DNA of 64,000 nucleotides from a virus. Lineage: Duplodnaviria; Heunggongvirae; Uroviricota; Caudoviricetes. Below, piece by piece: positions 18,363 through 27,488 of the stretch (positions within the stretch are counted from its first letter, which is position 1; the number at the start of each line of letters is the position of its first letter). Made by a program: the position numbers and the translations under genes. Location of the stretch: the IMG/VR virus record IMGVR_UViG_3300046522_000750; one strand, written 5' to 3'. The notes beneath the pieces are model-generated. The model was given only the letters and a program-made list of their open reading frames with translations. It made no database searches and was not told the origin of the DNA.

Positions 18363-18545
18363 ATGAGCAAAGACACTGCTGACACCGGACTGCCGGAAGG
18401 CTTCTTCTCCAATCCGGAGATTATCCTGGTTTCCGATGAGGCGTTCGACAAGATCACTGAGATCATCGAAAGCAACGATGGCCCAAACCCTAAGCTGGTC
18501 GCGCTGATGCAGCGTCCTAAGCGCTGGGTTGATACAAAGGCCTAA
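18363..18545 (+). CDS. DUF1778 (TacA-like antitoxin) C-terminal-like small protein
   Basis: IILVSDEAFDKI-E-IE----PNPKLVALM---KRW. Confidence 0.6.
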   Translation: MSKDTADTGLPEGFFSNPEIILVSDEAFDKITEIIESNDGPNPKLVALMQRPKRWVDTKA

Positions 18546-18571
18546 GATAGGCCTATAGAATTTGAGGTGAT

Positions 18572-18820
18572 GTGATGGAATACCTGAAAATGCTGCTTTG
18601 CTTCGTAGCCATGGCCTTGATGGTCAGCTATGTGGAAAGCATGGAGATCGTCAACACTGAATGGGCGTTGGTCATTGCATTCGTCCTGTGCATGGCTCCC
18701 GCCGTTGCGAAAAGCGACCGGGTTCAGATGTTGCGTCTCAGCTTTGCCCCGGTGGGCAACCAGACGCATGAGGGGAACGTGGTAACGGCTTTGAACCACT
18801 CTGGTCAGTCAAGGGTGTGA
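18572..18820 (+). CDS. Small membrane protein
   Basis: Two TM segments; GAGGTG RBS. Confidence 0.65.
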   Translation: MMEYLKMLLCFVAMALMVSYVESMEIVNTEWALVIAFVLCMAPAVAKSDRVQMLRLSFAPVGNQTHEGNVVTALNHSGQSRV

Positions 18821-18991
18821 GTGAGTTAAGACGCTGAGGCAAAACGCTTGTCCAGGAACTTGCTCCACTCGCACTGCGCGAATGGCCTGATCTGACCAAA
18901 GCCGAGCCCGCCCCAACCGCATCTGCCGACAACACGAACCCTCTGGCCGGCAACGCCAGGGGGTTTTTCAGAAATTGACAGGGAGCATGCC

Positions 18992-19210
18992 ATGTCCTGC
19001 GAATTCTGCCTTGATGCCGATGGCATCCCGTGCTTTCCAGCCTTCGGCATCCACCCGCAGGCGCGTCCTGGCACCTTGAAATCCACCTTCTGGTGTCCGC
19101 ACTGCTTGAGTGCGGAGCCTGAGCTGGCCCCTAGCCTGCGTTGCACGAATTTCAGCCTGGCTCTGCCAGAAGTGGTCGACCTCCCCCCTCATTCCCAGGC
19201 TTACGCATGA
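18992..19210 (+). CDS. Small Cys-rich hypothetical protein
   Basis: CEFC...CPHC; GGGAG RBS. Confidence 0.6.
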   Translation: MSCEFCLDADGIPCFPAFGIHPQARPGTLKSTFWCPHCLSAEPELAPSLRCTNFSLALPEVVDLPPHSQAYA

Positions 19211-19671
19211 ATTACCAATCCCACGCACTGGACTTGGCCAGTAGTCAGGTGCCCGGTGCGCCGCTGCTGACTGACCTGCCTCGGCCCTTCGGCTATTACT
19301 GGATTCAGGTTGATCAGGAAGGCCCGTGGATCGCGGCATTCTGGTACACGGGAGCTGCTGGATCCGCTGGTTTCTTTGATTGCAGCAACACCACAGGCCT
19401 GCGCCATGTATCCACGGTGCATGCAGTCGGTGGGCCGGTGGCTTTGCCGAACCCAGCGGCGGTCATGCCTGAGTCGTACGCCGAGGGTTATCATTGGGTA
19501 CAAGGTGAGCTTTTCGGTGACTGGGTGCTTGCCCTGTGGCGCAATGAGGCCTTCAACTATCGCGGCAAGGCTGGCTATGGCTATTTTGATGGCTCGAACT
19601 GGTGGAACCATAACTATCACATCATTCCTGCGCCGCATGCCTATGGCGGCAAGGTCAATTTTCCCGCGTAA
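19207..19671 (+). CDS. Hypothetical protein with an internal repeat (GYYWIQ/GYHWVQ)
   Basis: ATGA overlap. Confidence 0.75.
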   Translation: MNYQSHALDLASSQVPGAPLLTDLPRPFGYYWIQVDQEGPWIAAFWYTGAAGSAGFFDCSNTTGLRHVSTVHAVGGPVALPNPAAVMPESYAEGYHWVQGELFGDWVLALWRNEAFNYRGKAGYGYFDGSNWWNHNYHIIPAPHAYGGKVNFPA

Positions 19672-19736
19672 TTTGCGGTAAATTGACAAAATGCGCTACA
19701 AATCACCACCTTGCGATTGTATACTGCCAGCATACT
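19672..19736 (+). promoter_or_regulatory. Promoter with degenerate box C and operator A (19718-19736, 1 mismatch)
   Basis: TTTGCGgtaaatTGACAA ... TGTATactgccagcATACT. Confidence 0.65.
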
Positions 19737-19752
19737 TAAACAGGGTTTTTTC

Positions 19753-20388
19753 ATGTTTTTTGACGAAGGTTGTTGCGGATATCTCGAAATCCCTGATCCG
19801 GTACAGACCGCGCCTGTGGTGAAGAGGATTCGCACCCACTACGACAACCTGAAGGTGTCCAGGACGGCCACGTTCGTTGAGATTCGTGCTTCTTATCGGC
19901 GCCTTCGCAGCTTGTACCACCCAGATCGAAACAGTACTGCAAAGGCTAAAACCGCGATCATTTGCATAAATGATGCCTATGAGATCTTGTCGGATGCCAC
20001 CGAGCGCGCCAAGTATGATGCCTTTATTGTCGCGGAAGAGCGCAAGCTTAATCCTCCGCGTCCCCAACAACAGCACTCAGCCAACGCAAACCCTGCGAAA
20101 GCCAAGCACACCCAGTACGCTCATGATCCGGCTAACTGGAACCCGGAACATGCCGCTGATTTCAGGAAATTCGTGCAAGAGAAGCGCGTGGAATTCGGCG
20201 AAGTTTTCGGTGAACTGTCGACGGATTGGCTCTACATGTGTTTTCTTGAAGATCTTAGGATGAAAACTCATTCTGAGCGCCTTGAGGAAAAGGCCAGAAA
20301 GGCTAAGATCCTGGTAATTTGCTGCTTTGTATCCTTGATTCTGGGCATGATCTACATGGGCTTTCTCATCGCACAGAGCGGAAAATGA
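19753..20388 (+). CDS. J-domain (DnaJ-like) protein with a C-terminal TM helix
   Basis: THYDNLKV...EIRASYRRL--LYHPDRN...INDAYEILSD---RAKYD; start uncertain. Confidence 0.85.
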   Translation: MFFDEGCCGYLEIPDPVQTAPVVKRIRTHYDNLKVSRTATFVEIRASYRRLRSLYHPDRNSTAKAKTAIICINDAYEILSDATERAKYDAFIVAEERKLNPPRPQQQHSANANPAKAKHTQYAHDPANWNPEHAADFRKFVQEKRVEFGEVFGELSTDWLYMCFLEDLRMKTHSERLEEKARKAKILVICCFVSLILGMIYMGFLIAQSGK

Positions 20389-20522
20389 CGCGACTTCGCC
20401 CAGTAAAGCTTTCATTCATGCAGAAGGTGGCCCTGCTGCCTTCTGAGGCTCTATACATCGTTTGCATGCTACCCGTGGTCGGGTTGCTGGCCGGCGTTGT
20501 TTACACGCTGTCGAGGCACTGA
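20385..20522 (+). CDS. Small membrane protein
   Basis: ATGA overlap, one TM. Confidence 0.55.
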   Translation: MTRLRPVKLSFMQKVALLPSEALYIVCMLPVVGLLAGVVYTLSRH

Positions 20523-20524
20523 GC

Positions 20525-20737
20525 ATGAAACCACATCCCCATCTGAAATTGGTGATCAGCAAGCCGGCTGACTGGCAGCCTGGTCATCTGCCATGTCAGG
20601 AAAATAAGTTGATTTCCGACGTGTCCCAGGTTGCAGCACCGGCCCATTTCATCATGAGGCTTTCCTTGCTTGAGCTTATGTTTTTGACTGGACTGATGAT
20701 TTTCGCCGTGAAGGTTGTCATCGAGTTCATGCACTAG
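20525..20737 (+). CDS. Small membrane protein
   Basis: GAGG RBS, C-terminal TM. Confidence 0.6.
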   Translation: MKPHPHLKLVISKPADWQPGHLPCQENKLISDVSQVAAPAHFIMRLSLLELMFLTGLMIFAVKVVIEFMH

Positions 20738-20821
20738 GCTGCGTGCCTTAGGATCGAAATTGTAAGCCAACCGCAATTTGCGGTTCGTTGCACATTGAGC
20801 TTGAAATGCCCCTTATTAACG

Positions 20822-20840
20822 AGTATTCTAATCGCATACC
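20822..20840. promoter_or_regulatory. Operator A over -10
   Basis: AGTATtctaatcgcATACC; degenerate box C at 20777. Confidence 0.75.
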
Positions 20841-20857
20841 GAATAAGGGGCTTCGTC

Positions 20858-21103
20858 ATGCAGATCGCCAATCCTAACCTTCCAGGCTCGCTCTGCCACC
20901 AGAAATTCAGCTCCTATGTGGCCTGGTACAAAGACAAGTCCAGTGAGTACCTGGTCGAGCGGCATGCGAACCTGATTGAAGAGTCCAAGGATTACCTGCG
21001 TCTCTCTGGTCAGTCGATGGCCAACTCGCAGTTCGAAGCCGAGTGCGTCAGCCATATTCACGAAGCCCTGTTTGGCACACCCCTGCAAGGAGAGTCTGCA
21101 TGA
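20858..21103 (+). CDS. Hypothetical protein
   Basis: AAGGGG RBS. Confidence 0.7.
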   Translation: MQIANPNLPGSLCHQKFSSYVAWYKDKSSEYLVERHANLIEESKDYLRLSGQSMANSQFEAECVSHIHEALFGTPLQGESA

Positions 21104-21333
21104 GCAATGAACATGACGCTGAAGGTTGGACGGAGCTTACCCACGCCGGAGAGCGCTGGTCGTTTGACGCAGATCAGCTAGCGATCTGGGATGAGGAAGA
21201 AGAGTACTACGAGTTCTATCTCTACCATGAGCTGACCAATCCCACCGTCGACACCGTTAAGCAGTTCATCGACGAGACCAATGCTCGGGTTGCCTTGGCG
21301 ACCAGCCAGCGTGAAGGCAAGGTCGACAACTGA
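21100..21333 (+). CDS. Small acidic hypothetical protein
   Basis: AAGGAG RBS, ATGA overlap. Confidence 0.75.
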   Translation: MSNEHDAEGWTELTHAGERWSFDADQLAIWDEEEEYYEFYLYHELTNPTVDTVKQFIDETNARVALATSQREGKVDN

Positions 21334-21403
21334 TCGATTTTGCTAAAACAACCCCCTTGATTGGGGGTTTTGCAGTAATAAAACAGACACGGAGAGCCCG
21401 GCC

Positions 21404-22042
21404 ATGAGCCAAAAAGTGACCTTTAAGCCTGACGGTGCCGAAACCCAGTGGCCCGGCGACAACGTTAAAAACAAAGACTGGAAGATCATGGTCGGAGACA
21501 AGGAGGTCGGCACCATGGAAAGCCAAATCCGTGACCTGAACATGTCCTTTACCACTCCAGGCTATTCGGTCACCGTCTTGGTGAAAATCCATGGTGTGGA
21601 GAAGCCGTATCGCGAGTATTCCGGCACGTTCTCGAATCGTAATTTGCGCGAGGCTCGCGAGAACCGCACCACTTACGTACGGCGCTCTAAGGAATGGGCT
21701 CTCAAGCGCTTGGCAGAGCTGGATAAGGCGGCGCAATTAGAAGCGAGCGCCAAGGCCGCTGACAAACCGTCAACGACTGATCTGGCGCTACGGCGACCTG
21801 TCAGCCAGGCACCTGTTTCGCAGATCGTGCCGATCACCGAGATCGACGTGTACCGCGCAACGTTGGAAGCCTGCGTTAAAGCAGAAGCCAGTGATCAGAT
21901 CAAACTCGCCGGGGTGTTGCGTGCCTGGGTGGATGCCTCGCCCTTTCACGGCTGCCCGAAATGCGATGGCCGGGGCCCTTGGCGCAATGAACCGCCCTGC
22001 ACTACCTGCAACGGTGATGGGTTCCTGCCAGACAACCACTGA
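21404..22042 (+). CDS. Hypothetical protein with a C-terminal CxxCxGxG zinc finger
   Basis: CPKCDGRG...CTTCNGDG. Confidence 0.75.
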   Translation: MSQKVTFKPDGAETQWPGDNVKNKDWKIMVGDKEVGTMESQIRDLNMSFTTPGYSVTVLVKIHGVEKPYREYSGTFSNRNLREARENRTTYVRRSKEWALKRLAELDKAAQLEASAKAADKPSTTDLALRRPVSQAPVSQIVPITEIDVYRATLEACVKAEASDQIKLAGVLRAWVDASPFHGCPKCDGRGPWRNEPPCTTCNGDGFLPDNH

Positions 22043-22057
22043 TCAACCCTACACAAC

Positions 22058-22083
22058 AAAACGCCCGCAATTGCGGGCGTTTT
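22058..22083. terminator. Bidirectional terminator
   Basis: AAAACGCCCGCAATTGCGGGCGTTTT. Confidence 0.8.
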
Positions 22084-22095
22084 CGTTTTAGCTCG

Positions 22096-22413
22096 TCACC
22101 CCGAATGGCGCATTTTCCTGGCCAGCTCCTGGCCCTCATCTGTGAGTTCCATGGTCGGAGAAAACTCAAAGGGCTCCGTGTCCCCTTTATTCAAGAAGAT
22201 CGGGTCTTCTATGGTTTGGAAGCAAAGCCCCTTCTTTTCCAGCTTGCGGAAGATCGTCATTCCAGGCACTGGGTTTCCAAAGACGTCACGACTGGTCTTC
22301 GGCTCGATGTTGTAGACGAACGGAGCCGGGCTGGTCTTGATCCACAAAATGGCATTGAGCTCAGCTTCGCTCAGGTCTTCTGGCTGGATGGCCCTCTGTC
22401 CTACAGTGGTCAT
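22096..22413 (-). CDS. Hypothetical protein, winged-helix-like
   Basis: FRKLEKKGL...ELTDEG-ELA; AAGGA RBS. Confidence 0.7.
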   Translation of the reverse strand: MTTVGQRAIQPEDLSEAELNAILWIKTSPAPFVYNIEPKTSRDVFGNPVPGMTIFRKLEKKGLCFQTIEDPIFLNKGDTEPFEFSPTMELTDEGQELARKMRHSG

Positions 22414-22475
22414 GTTCTGTTCCTTGAGTTGCGCAATGCAGCCCTCCGCTGGAGGAAAGAGCCGATTGGCCTGTT

Positions 22476-23114
22476 CTATTGCCTCCAGCCGGATCGTACA
22501 TCCTCCCGACCATCCTGGCATGTGTGATCGGCCAGCAGACCTTCCCATTGGGCCCAGCAGGTCTTGCAGTGCCACTTCTTGTCAGTTACGCCCGTAGGCA
22601 CCGCCATGGCAGCTTTGAGGTTGACATGCACCGCAGCGAAGACAGCATTGTGAGCAATCACCCACTCGTACATGTCGTCATCTTTGGGCTTATCCCCAAG
22701 GTCATAACGGGCTTGCATACGAACGTACTCAGCGCGCTTCATTTCAACCCACTTCAAGAAGGAATCCAGGTCAATGACCCCGGCATGCTTGATGAAGACA
22801 TCCATCGGTGCAGCGCCCATCATCTGAGACACTGTGAACATGCCTGCGGCCTTCATCCGCTCATCCAGAGTCTCGCTGTCCGGTTTAGCATTCAGGCGCT
22901 CTACCACTGAATCCCCTACGTCGGTGAATTCATAGCGCCTGAAACCCTTGGAGCGAATCAGGCCCAGCGTCGCAAGCGACTTCATCCGCTCAGCCGGCAC
23001 ATCATAGCCCTGGTCATCCTCGGTGGTTTCGTGAAAGCGCAGAAGGTCTCTGGATTGTTGCTCGCTCAGTGAAATCGAAACTTCGACGGTCTGGTTACCC
23101 ATGATTTTCTTCAC
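22476..23114 (-). CDS. Hypothetical phage-like protein
   Basis: 212 aa, operonic. Confidence 0.75.
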   Translation of the reverse strand: MKKIMGNQTVEVSISLSEQQSRDLLRFHETTEDDQGYDVPAERMKSLATLGLIRSKGFRRYEFTDVGDSVVERLNAKPDSETLDERMKAAGMFTVSQMMGAAPMDVFIKHAGVIDLDSFLKWVEMKRAEYVRMQARYDLGDKPKDDDMYEWVIAHNAVFAAVHVNLKAAMAVPTGVTDKKWHCKTCWAQWEGLLADHTCQDGREDVRSGWRQ

Positions 23115-23393
23115 CTAGGCCGACTTGCGAGCCTTCTTGAGTTCGATTTTGGCGTACACGACCGGCATCCCTTCACCCTGGGCGGCGATCACCGTCGAGC
23201 GCACCGATGTGCCCTTGGCCTGGCTGAACACCGGCTCTTCACGCATAAAGCCAAGCGCAATGTCTTTGACCACAAAGCCGCGCCGCTCGGACATGACCAG
23301 TTCTTCAAAGCCCTCAGTTTCGGTGCCTGGCATCCAGACGTACTGAGTGTCACTGCCAAACGTCCAAGTGTGCATCATATGAGTCTTTTTCAT
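23115..23393 (-). CDS. Hypothetical protein
   Basis: GGGGA RBS. Confidence 0.7.
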   Translation of the reverse strand: MKKTHMMHTWTFGSDTQYVWMPGTETEGFEELVMSERRGFVVKDIALGFMREEPVFSQAKGTSVRSTVIAAQGEGMPVVYAKIELKKARKSA

Positions 23394-23405
23394 GTCTGTT
23401 TCCCC

Positions 23406-23840
23406 TTAATCCCTGCAAGGTTTCAGAATTTCATCGTCTGGGTCGACGCCGTTGGCAATCGCCATTTCACGGTAGTTGTCGAACAGGTCATGGCCACCGT
23501 CAGAAACCTTGTCCGGCTCATAGGTGCCTTGGCTCAAGCGCAACCGGATTTTCAGGTTGTGATCGGCGCCGCGCAGCAGGAAGCCGGCACAGCAGGACGG
23601 CTTGCCGGTGCCTGATTCATGACAGGCAAAGGTTTCCATCGCCATGTCATAGGTCGTGTGCGCAGAGATCCGGAACGCCTCAGGCGGAAACTCCCCTACC
23701 GCATCACGACGCCAAGGGCAGCTTTTGCAGGGCTTCTTGCGGTATAAGCCCTGACCACCCACCACGGTGACCACCTGATGATTTTCATCAGCAGGGGTTT
23801 CTTTGGTGATGACTGCTTTGGTTGGTTTCTTGGTCGTCAT
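23406..23840 (-). CDS. DUF6283-like Cys-rich protein, related to 26656
   Basis: PCKSCPWRRD...FACH...CAGFL. Confidence 0.7.
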   Translation of the reverse strand: MTTKKPTKAVITKETPADENHQVVTVVGGQGLYRKKPCKSCPWRRDAVGEFPPEAFRISAHTTYDMAMETFACHESGTGKPSCCAGFLLRGADHNLKIRLRLSQGTYEPDKVSDGGHDLFDNYREMAIANGVDPDDEILKPCRD

Positions 23841-23897
23841 GATCAGTTTTCTTCCGGGCTGCGTTTGCGCTTTACGGCAAACTCTGCTTGTTTAATG

Positions 23898-23916
23898 AGT
23901 ATATTCTAGCTATACT
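23898..23916. promoter_or_regulatory. Operator A between divergent genes
   Basis: GAGTATattctagctATACTC. Confidence 0.8.
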
Positions 23917-23954
23917 CTGAGACATTGGCAACCACTGATCATAAAGGATTTAAC

Positions 23955-24302
23955 ATGATTACCAGCAAAAAATCTGTAGCCAAAGGCGATACCCTTTACG
24001 TGCTTCATAATTATTCATCCAACAAAGGCCCATTTCCCTATGTAGTGGAATCCGTGGGCACTAAATGGATCAATTTTGAAGGCAGTCGCCGCGTTTCAAA
24101 AGACGACCTACGCGGCGATCACCTGCACGCCTATTTGTCTCTTGCTGACTACGAGAATGATTTGCGACTTGAGCGACTCAAGCGCCGAATCATCAGCAAG
24201 CTGCAAGAATACAAATCATCCACCTCGGTCACTCCGGATCAGCTGGATGCCATTGGAGAAATACTCGGTATCAATGGCGACCTGCCCGCCGAGAAGCAAT
24301 AA
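23955..24302 (+). CDS. Hypothetical protein
   Basis: AAGGA RBS. Confidence 0.75.
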   Translation: MITSKKSVAKGDTLYVLHNYSSNKGPFPYVVESVGTKWINFEGSRRVSKDDLRGDHLHAYLSLADYENDLRLERLKRRIISKLQEYKSSTSVTPDQLDAIGEILGINGDLPAEKQ

Positions 24303-24339
24303 TCATTACTCTGCATTGCAATAGACCAAGGAGTCCTCA

Positions 24340-24600
24340 ATGGCACAGACGACTTCCGGTAATCATCGACGCGGCCCACTGTGGCCGGTCGGCACCACGT
24401 TCACCAATCGCCAAGACTTGACCGACGTGGATGCCGAGGAACGTCCTCGCGTCACGCCGGCTGGCAGTCTCTGGAGAGTGGTGGAGCGTGATCAGAAGAA
24501 ACGCGTATGGCATCTGGTCTGCGATCAGACTGGCGCCTGGATCGTGGTTAGCAAAAGTCGCTTACAGGATGAGCTCGATCCGTGTCCGCATGAGTCTTAA
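24340..24600 (+). CDS. Hypothetical protein
   Basis: AAGGAG RBS. Confidence 0.7.
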   Translation: MAQTTSGNHRRGPLWPVGTTFTNRQDLTDVDAEERPRVTPAGSLWRVVERDQKKRVWHLVCDQTGAWIVVSKSRLQDELDPCPHES

Positions 24601-24638
24601 TAATTAAGCATATATTGCTTGATCAATTTGCGGTTAAT

Positions 24639-24657
24639 AGTATACTGATTGCATACT
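24639..24657. promoter_or_regulatory. Operator A over -10
   Basis: AGTATactgattgcATACT. Confidence 0.8.
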
Positions 24658-24681
24658 CCAATGATTTACAGGATTCACGGC

Positions 24682-25008
24682 ATGTCGAAGCCAGACGTTT
24701 GCGAAACCCCAAGAAAGGCCATCATCCGCACCATGGCCGAAGCTCGCAAGCTTGGTTATTTCGCAAAGTTTGGTTTCCGGGTGGACAAGAGTCAGGCAAG
24801 AGACGAACTCGAGGCGTGTGGCATTACCCAGTTCGTCTTTGCGGAAAAATACTATGCCGACTACTTTGGCAAAGATGAACTCATCAGGTTCTTTTGGGCC
24901 GGTGATGGACAAACGTTGGTCGACTTATTCCGCGCCCATGGCCTGAGGGCTGACTGGGAAGGTGAAACAAAGCACTGCATTTATGTGCACGCCAATTTCC
25001 CTGCTTAA
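24682..25008 (+). CDS. Hypothetical protein, tandem paralog of 25039
   Basis: Shared RKA-IR-MA-ARKLGYFAK...WAGDGQ-LVDL-RA-GL---WEGE. Confidence 0.85.
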   Translation: MSKPDVCETPRKAIIRTMAEARKLGYFAKFGFRVDKSQARDELEACGITQFVFAEKYYADYFGKDELIRFFWAGDGQTLVDLFRAHGLRADWEGETKHCIYVHANFPA

Positions 25009-25038
25009 TACCACTTGACCTCTGTAAGGATTACCAGC

Positions 25039-25365
25039 ATGGCAAACCCAGTTTTCAGCGAAGCGCAACGAAAAGCCGTCATTCGCGCAATGGCCCAAGC
25101 GCGCAAGCTGGGGTATTTCGCCAAACTTGACTTCAAATATGATGCCAACATCGCCAGAGATGAGATCGAGGATCAGGGGTTCGCCCAGTTCATTTATTCG
25201 CTTAAGCCCCGCGAAAAAAGCATTGTCGACCGGGATTTTGTCATCTTCTACTGGGCAGGCGACGGCCAGAAGCTGGTCGACTTGCTCCGCGCCCAGGGTC
25301 TGAAGGTTGAGTGGGAAGGTGAGGAACGACATTCCATCCAGGTTTACACCCAGTCCCCTGCGTAA
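25039..25365 (+). CDS. Hypothetical protein, tandem paralog of 24682
   Basis: Same motifs; AAGGA RBS. Confidence 0.85.
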   Translation: MANPVFSEAQRKAVIRAMAQARKLGYFAKLDFKYDANIARDEIEDQGFAQFIYSLKPREKSIVDRDFVIFYWAGDGQKLVDLLRAQGLKVEWEGEERHSIQVYTQSPA

Positions 25366-25417
25366 CCACAAAAACACGAACCACTGTCTGCTTTAGCCAT
25401 CCTGGAGGGATGCCATC

Positions 25418-25924
25418 ATGTCCGACGACCTTAACCCTGCTGCCGGCCTGACCCCGCTTGAAAAGGCGCGTATTGCTCGTCAAAAGAAGGTCGATGATGG
25501 CACGCCTATCACCCGGATGAACCCGGTCGAGAAGGCTAAAGCCAATCCGAACAGCAAGGCCATGGCAATCCGTGCCATGTGCTACCAGTGCGTTGGTGGC
25601 GAGCGTGCGGTAGACACCATCCGCAATTGCTCCAGTCAGGCATGTGCGCTGTACCCGCACCGCCCGTATCAAGTGGGCAGCACCGATGAAGACGATGTGC
25701 TGGAAGCCTCAACCGATGCTGTTGTGGTCGAAATCGTCAACGTTACTGCGCTTGAAGCTGCGGTTGACGCGCCTGTGGTTGAAACGAACCCGGATGCTGA
25801 TCCAGAATTCGATCCATGGCGCCTGGAATCGGCCATTGATCTGGAACACGAATTCCTGGAGCAAGAGCGCCTTCAGGATGCGATGGCCCTGGAGCAGCTT
25901 TACAACGACGATGAGGCAGCTTGA
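25418..25924 (+). CDS. Hypothetical Zn-binding phage-like protein with an acidic tail
   Basis: AIRAMCYQC-GG...IRNC----CALYP-RP. Confidence 0.75.
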   Translation: MSDDLNPAAGLTPLEKARIARQKKVDDGTPITRMNPVEKAKANPNSKAMAIRAMCYQCVGGERAVDTIRNCSSQACALYPHRPYQVGSTDEDDVLEASTDAVVVEIVNVTALEAAVDAPVVETNPDADPEFDPWRLESAIDLEHEFLEQERLQDAMALEQLYNDDEAA

Positions 25925-26238
25925 TGAACGAGTCTGAGGATCTCCAGCCGATAGCGGAGGAAACGGCCCCCATATCGGATAAGACTTGGCAGGTTGTTGT
26001 GATCGGTGCAGGCCCCATTGGGTTAGCGCAGGGTCGCTCCCTCGCCTCTCGCCTGATTGCCAATTACGGCAATCGCATCGAGATCGTTGAGCCAAAGGAA
26101 TGTGGTCTATCGACCGACTCGTTGTCCATGTTGCCTACGCCTGCGCCCAAGGACATTTACACTGCGCAGATGGCTGGAGCCCACCATGGCAAAGGCCAGC
26201 GTAAGGCTCGCTGGAACCGCAAGAACCGTTGGCGTTAA
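25921..26238 (+). CDS. Hypothetical protein
   Basis: Operonic; VVVIGAGPIG. Confidence 0.65.
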   Translation: MMNESEDLQPIAEETAPISDKTWQVVVIGAGPIGLAQGRSLASRLIANYGNRIEIVEPKECGLSTDSLSMLPTPAPKDIYTAQMAGAHHGKGQRKARWNRKNRWR

Positions 26239-26294
26239 GTCGGCATAGCAAAGCCGCTATAATGCGCTTAGCCAACCTGTTAAGGACGAACATC

Positions 26295-26558
26295 ATGAAT
26301 TACGAAGCGCAACTGGCAGCACACGGCTTCAAGGCCACCAGCGGGGCCCGTCGATTGGTCTCCGCTGCCGTGTCTGGAGGCTCGCTTAAAGCACAGTCGA
26401 AAGATGGCACCTTTGAGTTGAGCTTTAAAGATGGTCAGATGAGCATCAAGAAGCTGCCCGATGGCACCCTGTGCAGCTCGCCTGTCATGCTGATGCAGAT
26501 TCAGCCAATTCCGCTGGCCAGCCTTACTGAAAACCCATTCAATCAGCGGTCTGATTAA
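26295..26558 (+). CDS. Hypothetical protein
   Basis: AAGGA RBS. Confidence 0.7.
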   Translation: MNYEAQLAAHGFKATSGARRLVSAAVSGGSLKAQSKDGTFELSFKDGQMSIKKLPDGTLCSSPVMLMQIQPIPLASLTENPFNQRSD

Positions 26559-26620
26559 CTACTGTATTTGCAGTTTTCTCTACAATTGTGCTGTCAGGTA
26601 TTGCCTTGTTTGCACTAAAG

Positions 26621-26639
26621 GGTATACTTGCAGCATACC
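26621..26639. promoter_or_regulatory. Operator A over -10
   Basis: GGTATacttgcagcATACC; TTGCCT -35. Confidence 0.8.
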
Positions 26640-26655
26640 GAATGTGGAGATGGTC

Positions 26656-27033
26656 ATGACGACAGAACTCAAAGCCGCCTGCAATGCCTGCCCTTGGCGC
26701 GTAAAATCTGCTCAAGGCTGGCTTGGCGCAAGTACCCCTGTTGAATTTCTCCAACAGAGTGAGGCTGAAACCCAGATGCCTTGCCACCTCCACGTCGACT
26801 ACGAAAACGATGACTGGGAGCGCCAGGCCCTCAAGGCCCCTCAGTGCGCCGGTCGTGCGATCCATTTCGCGAATCGCTGCAAGCGCCCAAAGGACACCAA
26901 TCTCCTGGTGCTGCCGGCTAACCGTGAGGAAGTGTTCAGCAACCCTCAAGATTTCATTGATCACCATACCTTGGGTGGCCCTGGCCCCAAAATCATGATC
27001 ATCGGCCCTCGCGTACAGGTGATTCAGCAATGA
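26656..27033 (+). CDS. Cys-rich hypothetical protein (DUF6283-like)
   Basis: ACNACPWR...MPCH...QCAG. Confidence 0.75.
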   Translation: MTTELKAACNACPWRVKSAQGWLGASTPVEFLQQSEAETQMPCHLHVDYENDDWERQALKAPQCAGRAIHFANRCKRPKDTNLLVLPANREEVFSNPQDFIDHHTLGGPGPKIMIIGPRVQVIQQ

Positions 27034-27293
27034 ATAAAAACACCGCTGCAACCGCAAAAACCAAAGTTTTCCAGTGGACTCAGTCCCTGAAGGCCGGCCA
27101 AAATATTGGCGTCTACTCGGGCACGAAGCTCCTGAAATCCGAGGTTGTATCCAAGCGTACGCTCTTTGGTCGAATCGTGTGCGAATCCGGCTCGATCTTT
27201 CTTGGCGACGGCAGTTTTTACGGTTCTCGAGCCAGACAAGCCAGCCTTTACGGCCCACTTGAACAATGGTGTCAGATTCGGCCAATGGAGTGA
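27030..27293 (+). CDS. Hypothetical protein
   Basis: ATGA overlap. Confidence 0.7.
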   Translation: MNKNTAATAKTKVFQWTQSLKAGQNIGVYSGTKLLKSEVVSKRTLFGRIVCESGSIFLGDGSFYGSRARQASLYGPLEQWCQIRPME

Positions 27294-27299
27294 TCTCAC

Positions 27300-27488
27300 A
27301 TGCGCGCATTGCTTAGTACCAAAGGTGGTCGCTATATCAAGGCAGAGGCTGAGCGCATGGCGACTGAACTTCAGGCGACAGACAGTGAGTGGACGTTCAC
27401 TGTCGCCTCAGCACCTGGAAACTGCGGTCTGTTTTGCATTGAAGTCCGTGAAAGCGACGGATCATTGATTGGGCGATTTGGACAATGA
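27300..27488 (+). CDS. Hypothetical protein
   Basis: GGAG RBS. Confidence 0.65.
   Translation: MRALLSTKGGRYIKAEAERMATELQATDSEWTFTVASAPGNCGLFCIEVRESDGSLIGRFGQ

Noticed and set aside
18817-18978. GTG-started frame coupled to the upstream stop, with an in-frame TGA at codon 7
   Set aside because: It could be a nonsense pseudogene or readthrough, but is too short to support without homologs; all other genes use TGA as a normal stop, so there is no recoding evidence.
25921-26238. FAD/NAD oxidoreductase from VVVIGAGPIG
   Set aside because: Only 105 aa; the rest of a Rossmann enzyme is missing.
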